A DNA stretch of 63,745 bases, the filler included, from Octopus bimaculoides (Eukaryota): NCBI RefSeq assembly GCF_001194135.2. It is 5 parts of 5 records of this genome, joined end to end, with 100 filler letters (N's around TTAATTAATTAA, not from the genome) between each part and the next. Parts side by side here need not be neighbours in the genome. Positions count along the whole stretch, not along the records: positions 16,082 to 39,094 come from NC_069006.1; 4 more parts are not named here. One strand, 5' to 3'. This document shows, piece by piece, positions 25,571 through 39,194 of the stretch. Each line of letters opens with the position of its first letter. Within the stretch, counting starts at the first letter, position 1. The translations under genes and the position numbers were made by a program. The notes under the pieces are model-generated. The model was not told the origin of the DNA. It saw only the letters and a list, made by a program, of their open reading frames with translations, and did not search any database.

Positions 25571-26526
25571 ACACACACACGTGTATTACCTACACACACA
25601 AACATATATGTATATATATTTATTTATTTATGTATANNNNNNNNNNNNNNNNNNNNNNNNNNNNNNNNNNNNNNNNNNNNNNNNNNNNNNNNNNNNNNNN
25701 NNNNNNNNNNNNNNNNNNNNNNNNNNNNNNNNNNNNNNNNNNNNNNNNNNNNNNNNNNNNNNNNNNNNNNNNNNNNNNNNNNNNNNNNNNNNNNNNNNNN
25801 NNNNNNNNNNNNNNNNNNNNNNNNNNNNNNNNNNNNNNNNNNNNNNNNNNNNNNNNNNNNNNNNNNNNNNNNNNNNNNNNNNNNNNNNNNNNNNNNNNNN
25901 NNNNNNNNNNNNNNNNNNNNNNNNNNNNNNNNNNNNNNNNNNNNNNNNNNNNNNNNNNNNNNNNNNNNNNNNNNNNNNNNNNNNNNNNNNNNNNNNNNNN
26001 NNNNNNNNNNNNNNNNNNNNNNNNNNNNNNNNNNNNNNNNNNNNNNNNNNNNNNNNNNNNNNNNNNNNNNNNNNNNNNNNNNNNNNNNNNNNNNNNNNNN
26101 NNNNNNNNNNNNNNNNNNNNNNNNNNNNNNNNNNNNNNNNNNNNNNNNNNNNNNNNNNNNNNNNNNNNNNNNNNNNNNNNNNNNNNNNNNNNNNNNNNNN
26201 NNNNNNNNNNNNNNNNNNNNNNNNNNNNNNNNNNNNNNNNNNNNNNNNNNNNNNNNNNNNNNNNNNNNNNNNNNNNNNNNNNNNNNNNNNNNNNNNNNNN
26301 NNNNNNNNNNNNNNNNNNNNNNNNNNNNNNNNNNNNNNNNNNNNNNNNNNNNNNNNNNNNNNNNNNNNNNNNNNNNNNNNNNNNNNNNNNNNNNNNNNNN
26401 NNNNNNNNNNNNNNNNNNNNNNNNNNNNNNNNNNNNNNNNNNNNNNNNNNNNNNNNNNNNNNNNNNNNNNNNNNNNNNNNNNNNNNNNNNNNNNNNNNNN
26501 NNNNNNNNNNNNNNNNNNNNNNNNNN

Positions 26527-26562
<36 letters not shown>

Positions 26563-27397
26563 CATATATATATATTTGTAAGCACACATAAATGAGTATA
26601 GTTTCGCGGAGAACAGTCCTGATGAAATAAACAAGTGTAACGTTACCATCACATCACAACTACCATCACCATTACTACCGGTAACTGCACCCTATCCCCC
26701 TCCTAGCCAAAGCAACAACAATTATAACATCAACATCACCACCACCACCACCACCACCATCACACCACTACCACCACCTTCAACCCTCCCCCCCAAACCA
26801 CCGCCAACTACAACACCACCACAACCAACAACAACAACAACAAAAGCAACATGAGTTCTTGCTAATAGATCCAGCGTCTGGTTTCTGTTCAGTAAAAATT
26901 CTGTTTTTCTTGTCATAAAACTAGATTGATTACCCAACGTAATTTGCAATTTTCCTATTAAAATTATATTGGTTTTCGCGTGTACATATACTTATATATA
27001 TATATTTACTCACACACACACACAACATATGTTTATGTTCTGTAGCGGAATTTATTATTTATATATTTGAGGTTATTATTTAAAGCCGTGCGGGCATAAT
27101 GCCTGCTATTTGTGCCATTCCGTTAAATTGTTTTACATTCTGATTTCAAACCTTGCTAAGTTTCGTTGACGCCATACACTAATGCACCAATGAAATTCTT
27201 CGAGTGTTTCATTGGCTATTCACCTACTGTCACCTTTAACACTGCCACTACCAACCTTAGTAACCACGACCACCACGACCACCACCACTGAATGTGTCCA
27301 ATGAAACGCATTACATTGTAGGAATATGAAACTACGTCTCGAGGCACCGAGCTGGCAGTATCGTTAGCACGAGAAAATGTTTCTTCATGTTTGAATT

Positions 27398-27433
<36 letters not shown>

Positions 27434-28238
27434 GTGTGTGTGTGTGTATTGCATAAGAAAAATGTATGAAAAGGTCAAAAAGACATAATACCTATACGCA
27501 ATAATTCCTGAGGCCAGACCAAGTGCTTCTAATGGTCATCTCGCTCATGAAACAGCTGTAAAGAACTAAAGAAGTATCTCCATTTTCCAGTCATTACTAG
27601 CGAGGTATTTACTGGCTTTTGCTTACCGAATGAAGTTAGATCGATACAAAACGGCTGCACGAATTCTCCTCTATGTCATCAACGACATAACAGCATTAAT
27701 TTTCTGGATTTGTATCTGTTTATGCCGATTCACTCCGAACTTTCACCGTCCGAGTTCTCTTCGTTTTCTGATAAATTCATATATTTTATACACTCTTCTA
27801 TCTTATTTGAATACGCTATAAAAGAACTTCTCCAATTTTGTTCCATTATACACACATGCATATACGTAATCCCCCCTACACACATACACACCTCACCGCA
27901 CAGACACATATTTATATGTATTTATGTGTATATGTATATGTATGTATGTGAATGCGGGTCGGTGTATATGCGTATAAAATTAAATTTCCCACCGTTTTTA
28001 CAACACAGTTCGACTGGGATAAATTGGGACGGTCTACCGTGAAAGATTTTAACAAAGATTTTATGGGGAATAAAATATTTTAGAGCTGGAACATAGTCTC
28101 GTTTATAAGACATGAAACAATGTTTGGTAGTTGAAAACATATAACATAAACATATTTAAAATACTCTTCCTCTTCCCCTCTCTCTCTATATACATACATA
28201 CTTATATACATATATGTATACATATATATATATGTGTA

Positions 28239-28274
<36 letters not shown>

Positions 28275-28276
<2 letters not shown>

Positions 28277-28478
28277 GAGGAATGACCACCAAAGTGGACT
28301 CCTATATGCTAGAAATAGACATCAAATCGCCTAAGCACGAAGAGTATGTTCTCAAGAAAAAAATTTCGGCAAAGCGTCAACAGTCTGGCGTTTTTTCTTG
28401 AGAACATACTCTTCGTGGTTAGGCGATTTGACGTCTATTTCTAGCATATAGGAGTCCACTTTGGTGGTTGTTCCTCTT
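28275..28478. mobile_element. Foldback MITE-like element: 88-bp inverted arms with a 28-bp spacer
   Basis: Arms 28275-28362 and 28391-28478 differ at 4 positions; abuts (TA)n. Confidence 0.85.
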
Positions 28479-29699
28479 AATTTTGTATGTAATATAATTT
28501 ATCTATCCTATCTAACTATCTGTCTATGAATTCTTCTTTACAAGCATTTTTTTTGTTAAAACGTTATCTACTCAAAAGACCTGCTTTTCAGCTTCATAAA
28601 TGGCGGAATAAATTATTATTTCGATCAGGAAACTCTGGATCACTATAACTGCAACATTTGTGTCTTTTTAATTTAAGATTATCTATCTATTTATCTTATC
28701 TATATATACATACAAACATATACATACATACATGCATACATATATATATATATATATATATTTGGTGTTTAACATAACCATTATAAGAAGAGGTAAGTCA
28801 GTGTGTCCGTGTATGTCGATTTTTGTCAAGTAAAATAATTTAGCGATTAAATAGACATGGCTGAAATAAAGCACCAAACTAAAATAATAGGTAAACGCGA
28901 TTGACTTAGAATCATTGGATGCCGTGTACCAACGCTGCCACTGGCTAACATCACAAAATAATCTGTAAAGAATAAGCGAATAAACGAANNNNNNNNNNNN
29001 NNNNNNNNNNNNNNNNNNNNNNNNNNNNNNNNNNNNNNNNNNNNNNNNNNNNNNNNNNNNNNNNNNNNNNNNNNNNNNNNNNNNNNNNNNNNNNNNNNNN
29101 NNNNNNNNNNNNNNNNNNNNNNNNNNNNNNNNNNNNNNNNNNNNNNNNNNNNNNNNNNNNNNNNNNNNNNNNNNNNNNNNNNNNNNNNNNNNNNNNNNNN
29201 NNNNNNNNNNNNNNNNNNNNNNNNNNNNNNNNNNNNNNNNNNNNNNNNNNNNNNNNNNNNNNNNNNNNNNNNNNNNNNNNNNNNNNNNNNNNNNNNNNNN
29301 NNNNNNNNNNNNNNNNNNNNNNNNNNNNNNNNNNNNNNNNNNNNNNNNNNNNNNNNNNNNNNNNNNNNAAAAAATATCCTTTATAGCATTCTGTATCGTG
29401 AATAGTGAGTTGCGGTAGGTGTGTGTGGGTGTGAGAGGGAAGGAGGGAGTGCGAGTGAGAGAGAGAGTGAGAGAAAGAGAGTGAAAAAGAGAGTGAGAGA
29501 GAGAGAGAGAGAGAGTGAGAGAGAGCTGTTAGCGTGCCTTGATGTAAAACAATTGAGGCCACGTTGTATGTTTTTTGTTTTTGTATGCGGGTGTAATGGA
29601 AGCAAATATATACAAAGATTTGAGAAAAAAAATAGAGAGAGATCAAGATAACATATCTGGTGGTTTGAAATATTGGTGAAATTGTTTCAGATATTGGTT

Positions 29700-29953
29700 A
29701 TTGCTGCTTGTAGTAGTAGTAGTAGTAGTAGTAGTAGTAATAGTAGTAGTTGTTGTTGTTGTTCTTCTTCTATACCTCCTCCTTTTTCTTCCATTCACTT
29801 TCCTCCTCCTCCTCCTCCTCCTCATCTTTGTTATTGTTGTTGATGATGTTATCTTCTTGTCTTCCTCCTCCTCCTCCTTCATTCTCCTCCTCCTCCTTCA
29901 TTCTCCTCCTCCTCCTTCATTCTCCTCCTCCTCCTTCATTCCCCTCCTCCTCC

Positions 29954-29984
<31 letters not shown>

Positions 29985-30023
29985 CTTCTTCTTCTTCTTC
30001 TTCTTCTTCTTCTTCTTCTTCTT
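29700..30023. repeat. (GTA)/(CCT)/(TTC) trinucleotide arrays
   Basis: Seen directly. Confidence 0.97.
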
Positions 30024-30360
30024 GTAACAATCCCAGAGCGTTGGATTGGAGAATCTATAAGAACGTTCTGCAGTATACCTGGTGCTATTTGTCCAGGCCC
30101 AATGAATTTCAGTTTCAACACACACCGCTACCTTTCAGGTTTTTAGTCTTAAAAACCGCCACCCGGTTTAACATAATCCTCTGCTTCTCCGGATGGCTTT
30201 AGTAGAATCCAATCTGTTGAATCCAATCTTCGGGAAAGATTTATGATCCGTGGATGCCTATCCTCCACTCTCACGCTCATGTGAGAATCCCTATAAAGAT
30301 TTACAGGTAAACCATTTCTTCCAGACAGAAAAAGTAAAACGCCCAAAAGATCAACATCCA

Positions 30361-31090
30361 GGTGAAGAAGTTTGCTTCCTAGACAAAATGGTTCTGGGTT
30401 CAGTCCCACTGTGTGGCTTTTCGGGCACGTGTTATGTACTGATGCCTTGGGCCCACCAAAGCCTTGTGAGTGGATTTGGTAGACGGAAACAGAAAGAAGC
30501 CCCTATATATATATTTATATGGGTGTATGTTTCTTAGTGTCTGTGTTTATCGTCTGATAACCGGTGATGGTGTGTTTGCGACCCCGTATCTTAGCGGTTC
30601 GGCAAAATATCCCGATTAAGAAACAGTACTGGGCTTTAAAAAATGTTCGTTCAACTGAAAGTTCTTCAAGGCGGTGCCCCAGCATGGCCACAGTCTAAGT
30701 CTGAAACAAGATATAGAAATGGTTCATGCACTCTGTCTTTCTTCCTGACTAAAACAAAGAGTAAAAGACAGGACGCATGCGTAGCTGTGAGGTAAGAAGT
30801 TTACTTTCCAGCCGCATGGGTCTGGGTTCAGTTCCTTTGTGTAGCACTTTAAACAAATGTCTTCTACTATGGCCCCGGGATCACCAAAGCCTTCTGGGTG
30901 AATTTAGCAAATGGAAGCTGAAAGAAGCCCGTCTTACATATCTGTGTGTATGTGCGTATGTGTATGTACGTGAGTGCGTAGCGTATTTGTGTGTCTCAGT
31001 GCCAGTGTTTGTCTCCCAACGAGTGTTTAACTCCTCTACATGATAGTTCGACCTGCTACAACCATTCTCCAGAATTGCCTTGAAGAATTT
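30361..31090 (+). mobile_element. Two tandem diverged family B SINEs (30361-30720 and 30772-31090)
   Basis: Both show GGGTTCAGT, CCAAAGCCTT and GAAAGAAGCCC motifs. Confidence 0.8.
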
Positions 31091-31994
31091 TAAGTGAAAC
31101 AAGCGCCATTAGTACGTACGAACTTTTTCTACCGGTTTCAATGCCGAAACTCTTAGTTTGGAGTACATAAAGGCAGCAACACTTGTCATCAAGTCATTTA
31201 GGAGTAGCTACATAACTGTTAATGTTAAATAGCACACCTTGCCGTCTTATGACGCAGAAAGTTTACGGTATTCTGGAATATATTTTAACTTTGAAGAATT
31301 GAATTAAGTTGGGAGGAGGCTAATGGATAAAATATCTTTGATTATCGGTTGGATTAAACCAAGATACACTTAGAGCATAACCGCAAGAACAACATCAACA
31401 GCAATAGCAACAAAATCAGAAACTGCAACAAAAAGAATAGCGCCAATCACAGAAGCAAGTAAATTCAAGCAAAAAGCAAAATGGCGACTTAATGTAAGAA
31501 ATATACATTTTCTGTGCGTATGTATGTAAGTACGTATGCATGCATGTAGGTATGTATGTATTTATATTGGTATGTATATAAGCATGCATATATGTCAGTA
31601 TAATTCATATAAATGCAAATATACATTTAATATACATATATAAACACATATTATCTGTATAGATATACGAATCTACATGTATATATATATATATGTATAT
31701 ATATATTTGTGTGTCTATATATATATATTTATATATATAATGTATGTATATCTATCTAATATATATATATATATATGTATATACATATGTATACATATAT
31801 ATTTGTATGTATTTGTATATATATATATATACACACATACACACATACACATATACATAAATACATATAATTATGTATGTGCATGTGTATGTTTGCATGT
31901 GTGTGTATTCATATATGTATCCCACAAGCACGGAAATTAAAACGAAACGAATTGATGGTACGAAATACGCAACAATATGCAAAAAAAAAAATTC

Positions 31995-32101
31995 AATTAA
32001 AGTAATAAAGAAGAAATACAAATGAAACTAAAAACAGAGCTCAATGCTAAAAACAAGATAATGGGTATCAACACTTTAGCTGACCCAGTTATAAGCTACA
32101 G
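31995..32101 (+). mobile_element. R4-like RLE LINE fragment (RT thumb region) running into a gap
   Basis: KLKTELNAKNKIMGINTLADPVISY matches the L.SELNA.NK..AIN..AVPV..Y motif of R4-type RTs. Confidence 0.75.
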
Positions 32102-32518
32102 NNNNNNNNNNNNNNNNNNNNNNNNNNNNNNNNNNNNNNNNNNNNNNNNNNNNNNNNNNNNNNNNNNNNNNNNNNNNNNNNNNNNNNNNNNNNNNNNNNN
32201 NNNNNNNNNNNNNNNNNNNNNNNNNNNNNNNNNNNNNNNNNNNNNNNNNNNNNNNNNNNNNNNNNNNNNNNNNNNNNNNNNNNNNNNNNNNNNNNNNNNN
32301 NNNNNNNNNNNNNNNNNNNNNNNNNNNNNNNNNNNNNNNNNNNNNNNNNNNNNNNNNNNNNNNNNNNNNNNNNNNNNNNNNNNNNNNNNNNNNNNNNNNN
32401 NNNNNNNNNNNNNNNNNNNNNNNNNNNNNNNNNNNNNNNNNNNNNNNNNNNNNNNNNNNNNNNNNNNNNNNNNNNNNNNNNNNNNNNNNNNNNNNNNNNN
32501 NNNNNNNNNNNNNNNNNN

Positions 32519-32554
<36 letters not shown>

Positions 32555-34671
32555 TTAAGCTGTAAGGAATGAAAAAAATATAACCACTAGATAAAATACA
32601 TACATATATTCACATACATACATACACACACATACTCATATATATATATATATATGTATATGCATTAATATATGTTTACATTCATAAGAATGTGTTGCAA
32701 ATAATGTATACGAAAATGTAAGCCGATGTACAAATTATATTTTTCCCACATGCATATACATGTGCACAAATATATATCGCCAGAGATTTATATTCATACA
32801 ACGTGCGTATACCGAAACACAAGAAAAAAAAAATTACACATACACACGCGCTTGTATTTCGATAGAAATCCATAACTACGGCGACATACACATATGTTTA
32901 AAGTAAATTCACAACACACACCCGCACACACACACATACACACACGAATACACACGTATGCATGTATATATATATGTGTTTTTGTGTCTATGTGTAGATA
33001 TATACATATATATGCATATGCATAAATGCACATATATAGATATATCCATGAGCTCCATATTGTATATGTATGCATGACTGTATGCATGTGTGGATGAATG
33101 GATGGATGTGTGTATGTATATATGTGTGTATGTATATATGTGTGTATATCACCATCAGCCAGCAAGTGGTTTAGAGGAAAATCAATGTTTGTATGGTCAC
33201 GTGTTGCTGTATATGCTTTTGCACCTAAGGAACTGTTTTAAAAGCGTTCATAATCACATACATACATATATATATGTATATATATATATATNNNNNNNNN
33301 NNNNNNNNNNNNNNNNNNNNNNNNNNNNNNNNNNNNNNNNNNNNNNNNNNNNNNNNNNNNNNNNNNNNNNNNNNNNNNNNNNNNNNNNNNNNNNNNNNNN
33401 NNNNNNNNNNNNNNNNNNNNNNNNNNNNNNNNNNNNNNNNNNNNNNNNNNNNNNNNNNNNNNNNNNNNNNNNNNNNNNNNNNNNNNNNNNNNNNNNNNNN
33501 NNNNNNNNNNNNNNNNNNNNNNNNNNNNNNNNNNNNNNNNNNNNNNNNNNNNNNNNNNNNNNNNNNNNNNNNNNNNNNNNNNNNNNNNNNNNNNNNNNNN
33601 NNNNNNNNNNNNNNNNNNNNNNNNNNNNNNNNNNNNNNNNNNNNNNNNNNNNNNNNNNNNNNNNNNNNNNNNNNNNNNNNNNNNNNNNNNNNNNNNNNNN
33701 NNNNNNNNNNNNNNNNNNNNNNNNNNNNNNNNNNNNNNNNNNNNNNNNNNNNNNNNNNNNNNNNNNNNNNNNNNNNNNNNNNNNNNNNNNNNNNNNNNNN
33801 NNNNNNNNNNNNNNNNNNNNNNNNNNNNNNNNNNNNNNNNNNNNNNNNNNNNNNNNNNNNNNNNNNNNNNNNNNNNNNNNNNNNNNNNNNNNNNNNNNNN
33901 NNNNNNNNNNNNNNNNNNNNNNNNNNNNNNNNNNNNNNNNNNNNNNNNNNNNNNNNNNNNNNNNNNNNNNNNNNNNNNNNNNNNNNNNNNNNNNNNNNNN
34001 NNNNNNNNNNNNNNNNNNNNNNNNNNNNNNNNNNNNNNNNNNNNNNNNNNNNNNNNNNATATACATATATACATACACATGCATATATACATATGTAATA
34101 ACTACATATATATTATTCCTGGGAGTAATTCCTCATTGTCTGGAGACTTTATATACATAGCAGATTCTTAACACGATTTCATTTTTTCAGCTACAAGCGT
34201 GTGTGTGAGGGTTTGTGTACATAAAATCTATTTGTATTTCGATATATATATAGAGAGAGAGAGAGAGACATGTTGCATATAAATGCACACATGCACACAC
34301 AAATCAGATCAATAGAATTCGTAGAAGTGTCTGTCATAGACCAGTGGCATGATTCATGCTTTGTCTAATGGTTTTTTGGTGCTCATGTTGACGTAAGCTG
34401 GAATAGATACAATCTTTGGCCTTCTACCCGTTTACCCACAAGGAAAGCTATGTTTCGATAGTTAGATGCATAAAGAAATTATCCAACACAAGAGATGGTA
34501 CCAATTTCAACGGAAACGAGTGCAGTAACGTTAAACGAAGCGATTTGTTAAAGGAAGCAGTGAGTCACCTTGCCCCACAATTGAACTCATGACATTTGAT
34601 CTTTGCAATCTGACTACGATTTTTCTGTCTCTAGGTACACACACGTAGACATGTAAGATTTTTATGCCGTT

Positions 34672-34864
34672 ATAATGGTTTCAAATTTTGGCAGAGGGCT
34701 AGCAGATTTTGAGATTTTGAGCAGTGAAATTCGATTATAGATTCGGGTATTTGACTATATGCATTTTATGGACATCGAATTGGAATTTAGAACGTAAAGA
34801 AGAACGGGATGTCGCTAAGAATTCTGTTCGTTGTGCAAACAATTCTGCCAGATCACCGCCTTAT
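34672..34864 (-). mobile_element. Family C SINE, old copy
   Basis: AATTCTGCCAGATCACCGCC head end, GAATTTAGAACGTAAAG, and TTTCAAATTTTGGCA tail. Confidence 0.65.
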
Positions 34865-35145
34865 GTCGTGTTGTAATAAAAACAATTTTGAACTAAACTG
34901 AAGGAAACTGCCAGGAAAAAAAAATCTTATGAAAAAACGGGAGAATAGAGAACCACGGTTGTTTCCCTAGCAGTGGAGAAGTGCATATAAGCATATATAT
35001 GTCGCCACTTCAACGTGGCTGTTCTGTGACGTACAAACATATGCATATATATGTATATACACACATATACATAAATATATACTCACAAATACACACATCC
35101 ATATGTATGTATATTTATGTAATCCTCTTACGTATATACTTAAGT

Positions 35146-35192
<47 letters not shown>

Positions 35193-35915
35193 TGTGTGTT
35201 TCTGTATGTTTTATAGAGAAAAGTTTGAATTATTGTACATTTTTGTGTTGTATATATTCTTCTAAGTTTAATTCAGTGCATACATGTTTATATATATATA
35301 TATATATATATATACGTGTGTGTGTGTGTATATATAAATGTATNNNNNNNNNNNNNNNNNNNNNNNNNNNNNNNNNNNNNNNNNNNNNNNNNNNNNNNNN
35401 NNNNNNNNNNNNNNNNNNNNNNNNNNNNNNNNNNNNNNNNNNNNNNNNNNNNNNNNNNNNNNNNNNNNNNNNNNNNNNNNNNNNNNNNNNNNNNNNNNNN
35501 NNNNNNNNNNNNNNNNNNNNNNNNNNNNNNNNNNNNNNNNNNNNNNNNNNNNNNNNNNNNNNNNNNNNNNNNNNNNNNNNNNNNNNNNNNNNNNNNNNNN
35601 NNNNNNNNNNNNNNNNNNNNNNNNNNNNNNNNNNNNNNNNNNNNNNNNNNNNNNNNNNNNNNNNNNNNNNNNNNNNNNNNNNNNNNNNNNNNNNNNNNNN
35701 NNNNNNNNNNNNNNNNNNNNNNNNNNNNNNNNNNNNNNNNNNNNNNNNNNNNNNNNNNNNNNNNNNNNNNNNNNNNNNNNNNNNNNNNNNNNNNNNNNNN
35801 NNNNNNNNNNNNNNNNNNNNNNNNNNNNNNNNNNNNNNNNNNNNNNNNNNNNNNNNNNNNNNNNNNNNNNNNNNNNNNNNNNNNNNNNNNNNNNNNNNNN
35901 NNNNNNNNNNNNNNN

Positions 35916-35951
<36 letters not shown>

Positions 35952-36723
35952 CGTTTCGTAACGTGTAATTAATTATGGCACCGCAGTGTGAATTACCTTT
36001 CAAAGGACTACTCTTTTAGAAAATGGATTTATTGCTATTAATTCCAATTACTGCTCTGTTTGTATTCCATATATGAGGACAAGCGGCATATCTGGGCAGC
36101 TTTGATTTTTCTGATTTTAAAAATCTATAATATTGAACATGATGCTGATCATCTTTGATAAATTTATTAATTTTTGAAACAGCCATTAAAGCTATGTACA
36201 TCCTGCATAAGACTGACAGAAGGGCCTTATATCATTTGAAAAATCTAATTGATTGAAATTGTCACTGAATTATTTGCGTCAAAGTAGCGAAAGGGTAAAT
36301 GTAAAAATAGAAATATATAAGTAAAAAATAACAATATATAAGGAAAAAAAACAACAAAAAATTAACTGAACGTATTTTTTTTTATTTCCATAAAAGATAA
36401 TTATATATTTCTGACATGTTTGCTACTGTCGATTTAAGTTACTTGAATATATCAGAAGGATAATTAAGGCGAATCCAACTGATCCGTCTCTTTCTGTTCA
36501 CAGTAAATTGCTATAAAGACAATGACAGTCGTTGACGATAGATCTGTGTATTTAATTAATTTTAATTAAACTATATACGCTGTGATGGTATATAAATCTA
36601 TAGCTGTATGTTCTCCTATATCACCGAATCAATTATTCCGCTCCTACTAAAACTCATAACTACCGTAGTACAGTTTTTTTGTCGAAGCGAAATTACAAAC
36701 AATATGGCTGAATGGTTTTGAAC

Positions 36724-36790
36724 ATAGGCGTGTGGTGAGAAGCTGGACTCCCAACCACGTAGTCTCCGGATCAATTCCATTGCGTGGCAC
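36724..36790 (+). mobile_element. Family B SINE head fragment
   Basis: ATAGGCGTGTGGTGAGAAGC...CCCAACCAC...TGCGTGGCAC. Confidence 0.7.
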
Positions 36791-36817
36791 AGTGACGCAA
36801 ACTGTAAGAAGGCCACA

Positions 36818-36883
<66 letters not shown>

Positions 36884-36885
<2 letters not shown>

Positions 36886-37090
36886 GAGAATGTACGAAAA
36901 AAAACACCAACAGACGAAGACAGGTGGTGTAAACAACAAAAGGATGTATTAGTTTGACGCTCGGGAATACAGAAAGTCTTTAACGTTTCGAGCTACGCTC
37001 TTCAACAGAAAGAATACGGAGAAAACAAGGAGAAAAACACGGAGAAAAAAATTGAATGGTGTTTGGTCAACGATCTATCATGGCCATGCT
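36884..37090 (-). mobile_element. (AT)n-anchored retroelement end with hammerhead-like motif, copy 2
   Basis: Reverse complement of 2487-2682; the motif at 36977-37013 is identical to 2552-2588. Confidence 0.85.
36977..37013 (-). ncRNA. Minimal type I hammerhead-ribozyme-like motif (variant core)
   Basis: 37/37 identical to the motif in copy 1. Confidence 0.6.
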
Positions 37091-38047
37091 TTCGGATCTA
37101 TAGCCGAAGTTCACTTACCAGCTCTTGGTTAGCACACCAGCAATATACCTCCAAAGTGCAAGCGCCTTTCCCTTATAATGATGGAATAGGCAAGAGATCA
37201 CCATGCAGTGCTCTCATACTCATAATCAAAAATGTTCCCGCCATGACCAAGCCGTTTAACCTTTATTCTTTCTTTATATCCAAAATTGTCAACTGCGTCG
37301 CACTACTTCTGAAATCGCACAAGGTGATATAAGGAGATTCAACTGTTATCTTTAGCAGATCTATCGACCACATAGGAGCTTCGATGTACTCCTGACAATC
37401 GGTAAATGGACAGTCATTCTCTGCCAAAATTGGATTAGAAACATTCACCTGTTGGCATTGACACTAACCGAATAGAATAAAGCATAACCTAACCTGTAGT
37501 CGCTAATTTAATTTATCTTTGATCTTGTTAGCTAATTAGAAACAGAAGCCGTTTCTTTAATGAATACATAGAAGATAATTTCCATGATCAAATTTAGTTA
37601 ATTACATTCATTAATATGATATTGTTATTATGCTCACTGCTTCACCTCCAGCTCGATTCTGATTCAGCAGATTTCTAATCGAATGTGTTCAAGCAACGGT
37701 GGCCATCTTATTATTATTTTTTTCAATCTGCAGATGATAATATTTAAGTTGCTCAATTTTTGCAATCAAATCAATCGACCGATTGAGTAAGCAGAATTAC
37801 CAACGCACCGTAATGTATTTCAGAAACAGCTGTAAGTCTACGACGACGCACAAATAAATATTTAAGGCCCATTATTTATATCTGTTGCTGCATGTCATGA
37901 AATATATTGTTAAATGTATCGTGTATATAAATTCGAAGGATAGTTTGCGTCCAATGGTTGAACATCTATTATGTTTTACAAGAGAGGTGGGTTCAAATTC
38001 AACTGATAGAATTCGGCAATTTTTCTGTCCAAAAGGATTTTCAACTT

Positions 38048-38313
38048 GTTGGCACTCCATCGCTTACGACGTCGAGGGTTCCAGTTGATCCGATCAACGG
38101 AACAGCCTGCTCGTGAAAAATTAACGTGCAAGTGGCTGAGCACTCCACAGACACGTGTACCCTTAACGTAGTTCTCGGGGATATTCAGCGTGACACAGTG
38201 TGACAAGGCTGACCCCTTTGAATTACAGGCACAACAGAAACAGGAAGTAAGAGTGAGAGAAAGTTGTGGTGGAAGAATACAGCAGGGTTCGCCACCATCC
38301 CCTGCCGGAGCCT
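38048..38313 (-). mobile_element. Family A SINE, 5' truncated
   Basis: Near-identical to 3272-3540. Confidence 0.9.
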
Positions 38314-38720
38314 CGTCGTCATCATCATTATCATCTCCATTATCATCATCATGAGCATTATCATCATTGACGCAACCATCAGACCATGAATACTATATTC
38401 ATTACGATCGTCACGGTCTCAAAATCATCGTTGTCCTCCTTCAGCCCCCTCCTCTTCCTCCTCCTCATCACCTTTATCGAAGTTACTAATACCATCGGCA
38501 CCAACACCACCACCACCACCAACTCTGCCACTGCCTCCTCATGTATTTCAATTAGTACCACCACCATCACCACAACCACCACCACCACCACCACAACAAC
38601 AACAACATCTACTACCACCACCAACACCACCACCACCTCCACCGAAGACTATTTGCACGCTTGTTGCTTCTGCTGCAATTGCTGCTGCTGCTGCTGCTGC
38701 TGCTACCGCTGCCATTGCTT
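38314..38720. repeat. (CAT)/(CCA)/(CTG) compound trinucleotide tract
   Basis: Seen directly. Confidence 0.9.
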
Positions 38721-38980
38721 CTAGAAGTCATTGTTCTTGTAGTTGTTGTTGTTCGCTATGTCAGTATTGTTTAATTCTAGGGACTCCTATTAAAATAGGT
38801 GCTAATTAATATCGGCACTATTTACCGTTCTATTTCAGCCTCTGTTTACACTTTGATTCGTTAAGTTTCTTGTTGTCGCGGCGGTGGTGTTTGTAGTGTT
38901 GGTAGTGGTGGTAGTGGTGGTTGATGTTTTTTTTGTTGTATTACATTTAGTTTTTAGCCGAACTTTTATATGCCTGTTTT

Positions 38981-39094
<114 letters not shown>

Positions 39095-39194
39095 NNNNNN
39101 NNNNNNNNNNNNNNNNNNNNNNNNNNNNNNNNNNNNNNTTAATTAATTAANNNNNNNNNNNNNNNNNNNNNNNNNNNNNNNNNNNNNNNNNNNN
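39095..39194. other. Artificial scaffold-joining spacer
   Basis: 44 N + TTAATTAATTAA (39139-39150) + 44 N. Confidence 0.95.

Noticed and set aside
26603-26635. CTGATGA near GTTTC as a hammerhead
   Set aside because: The two core halves are on opposite strands and there are no stems.
30030-30355. Degenerate RTE 3' fragment
   Set aside because: Only a vague KRP motif; no ordered RT or C-terminal motifs could be assembled.
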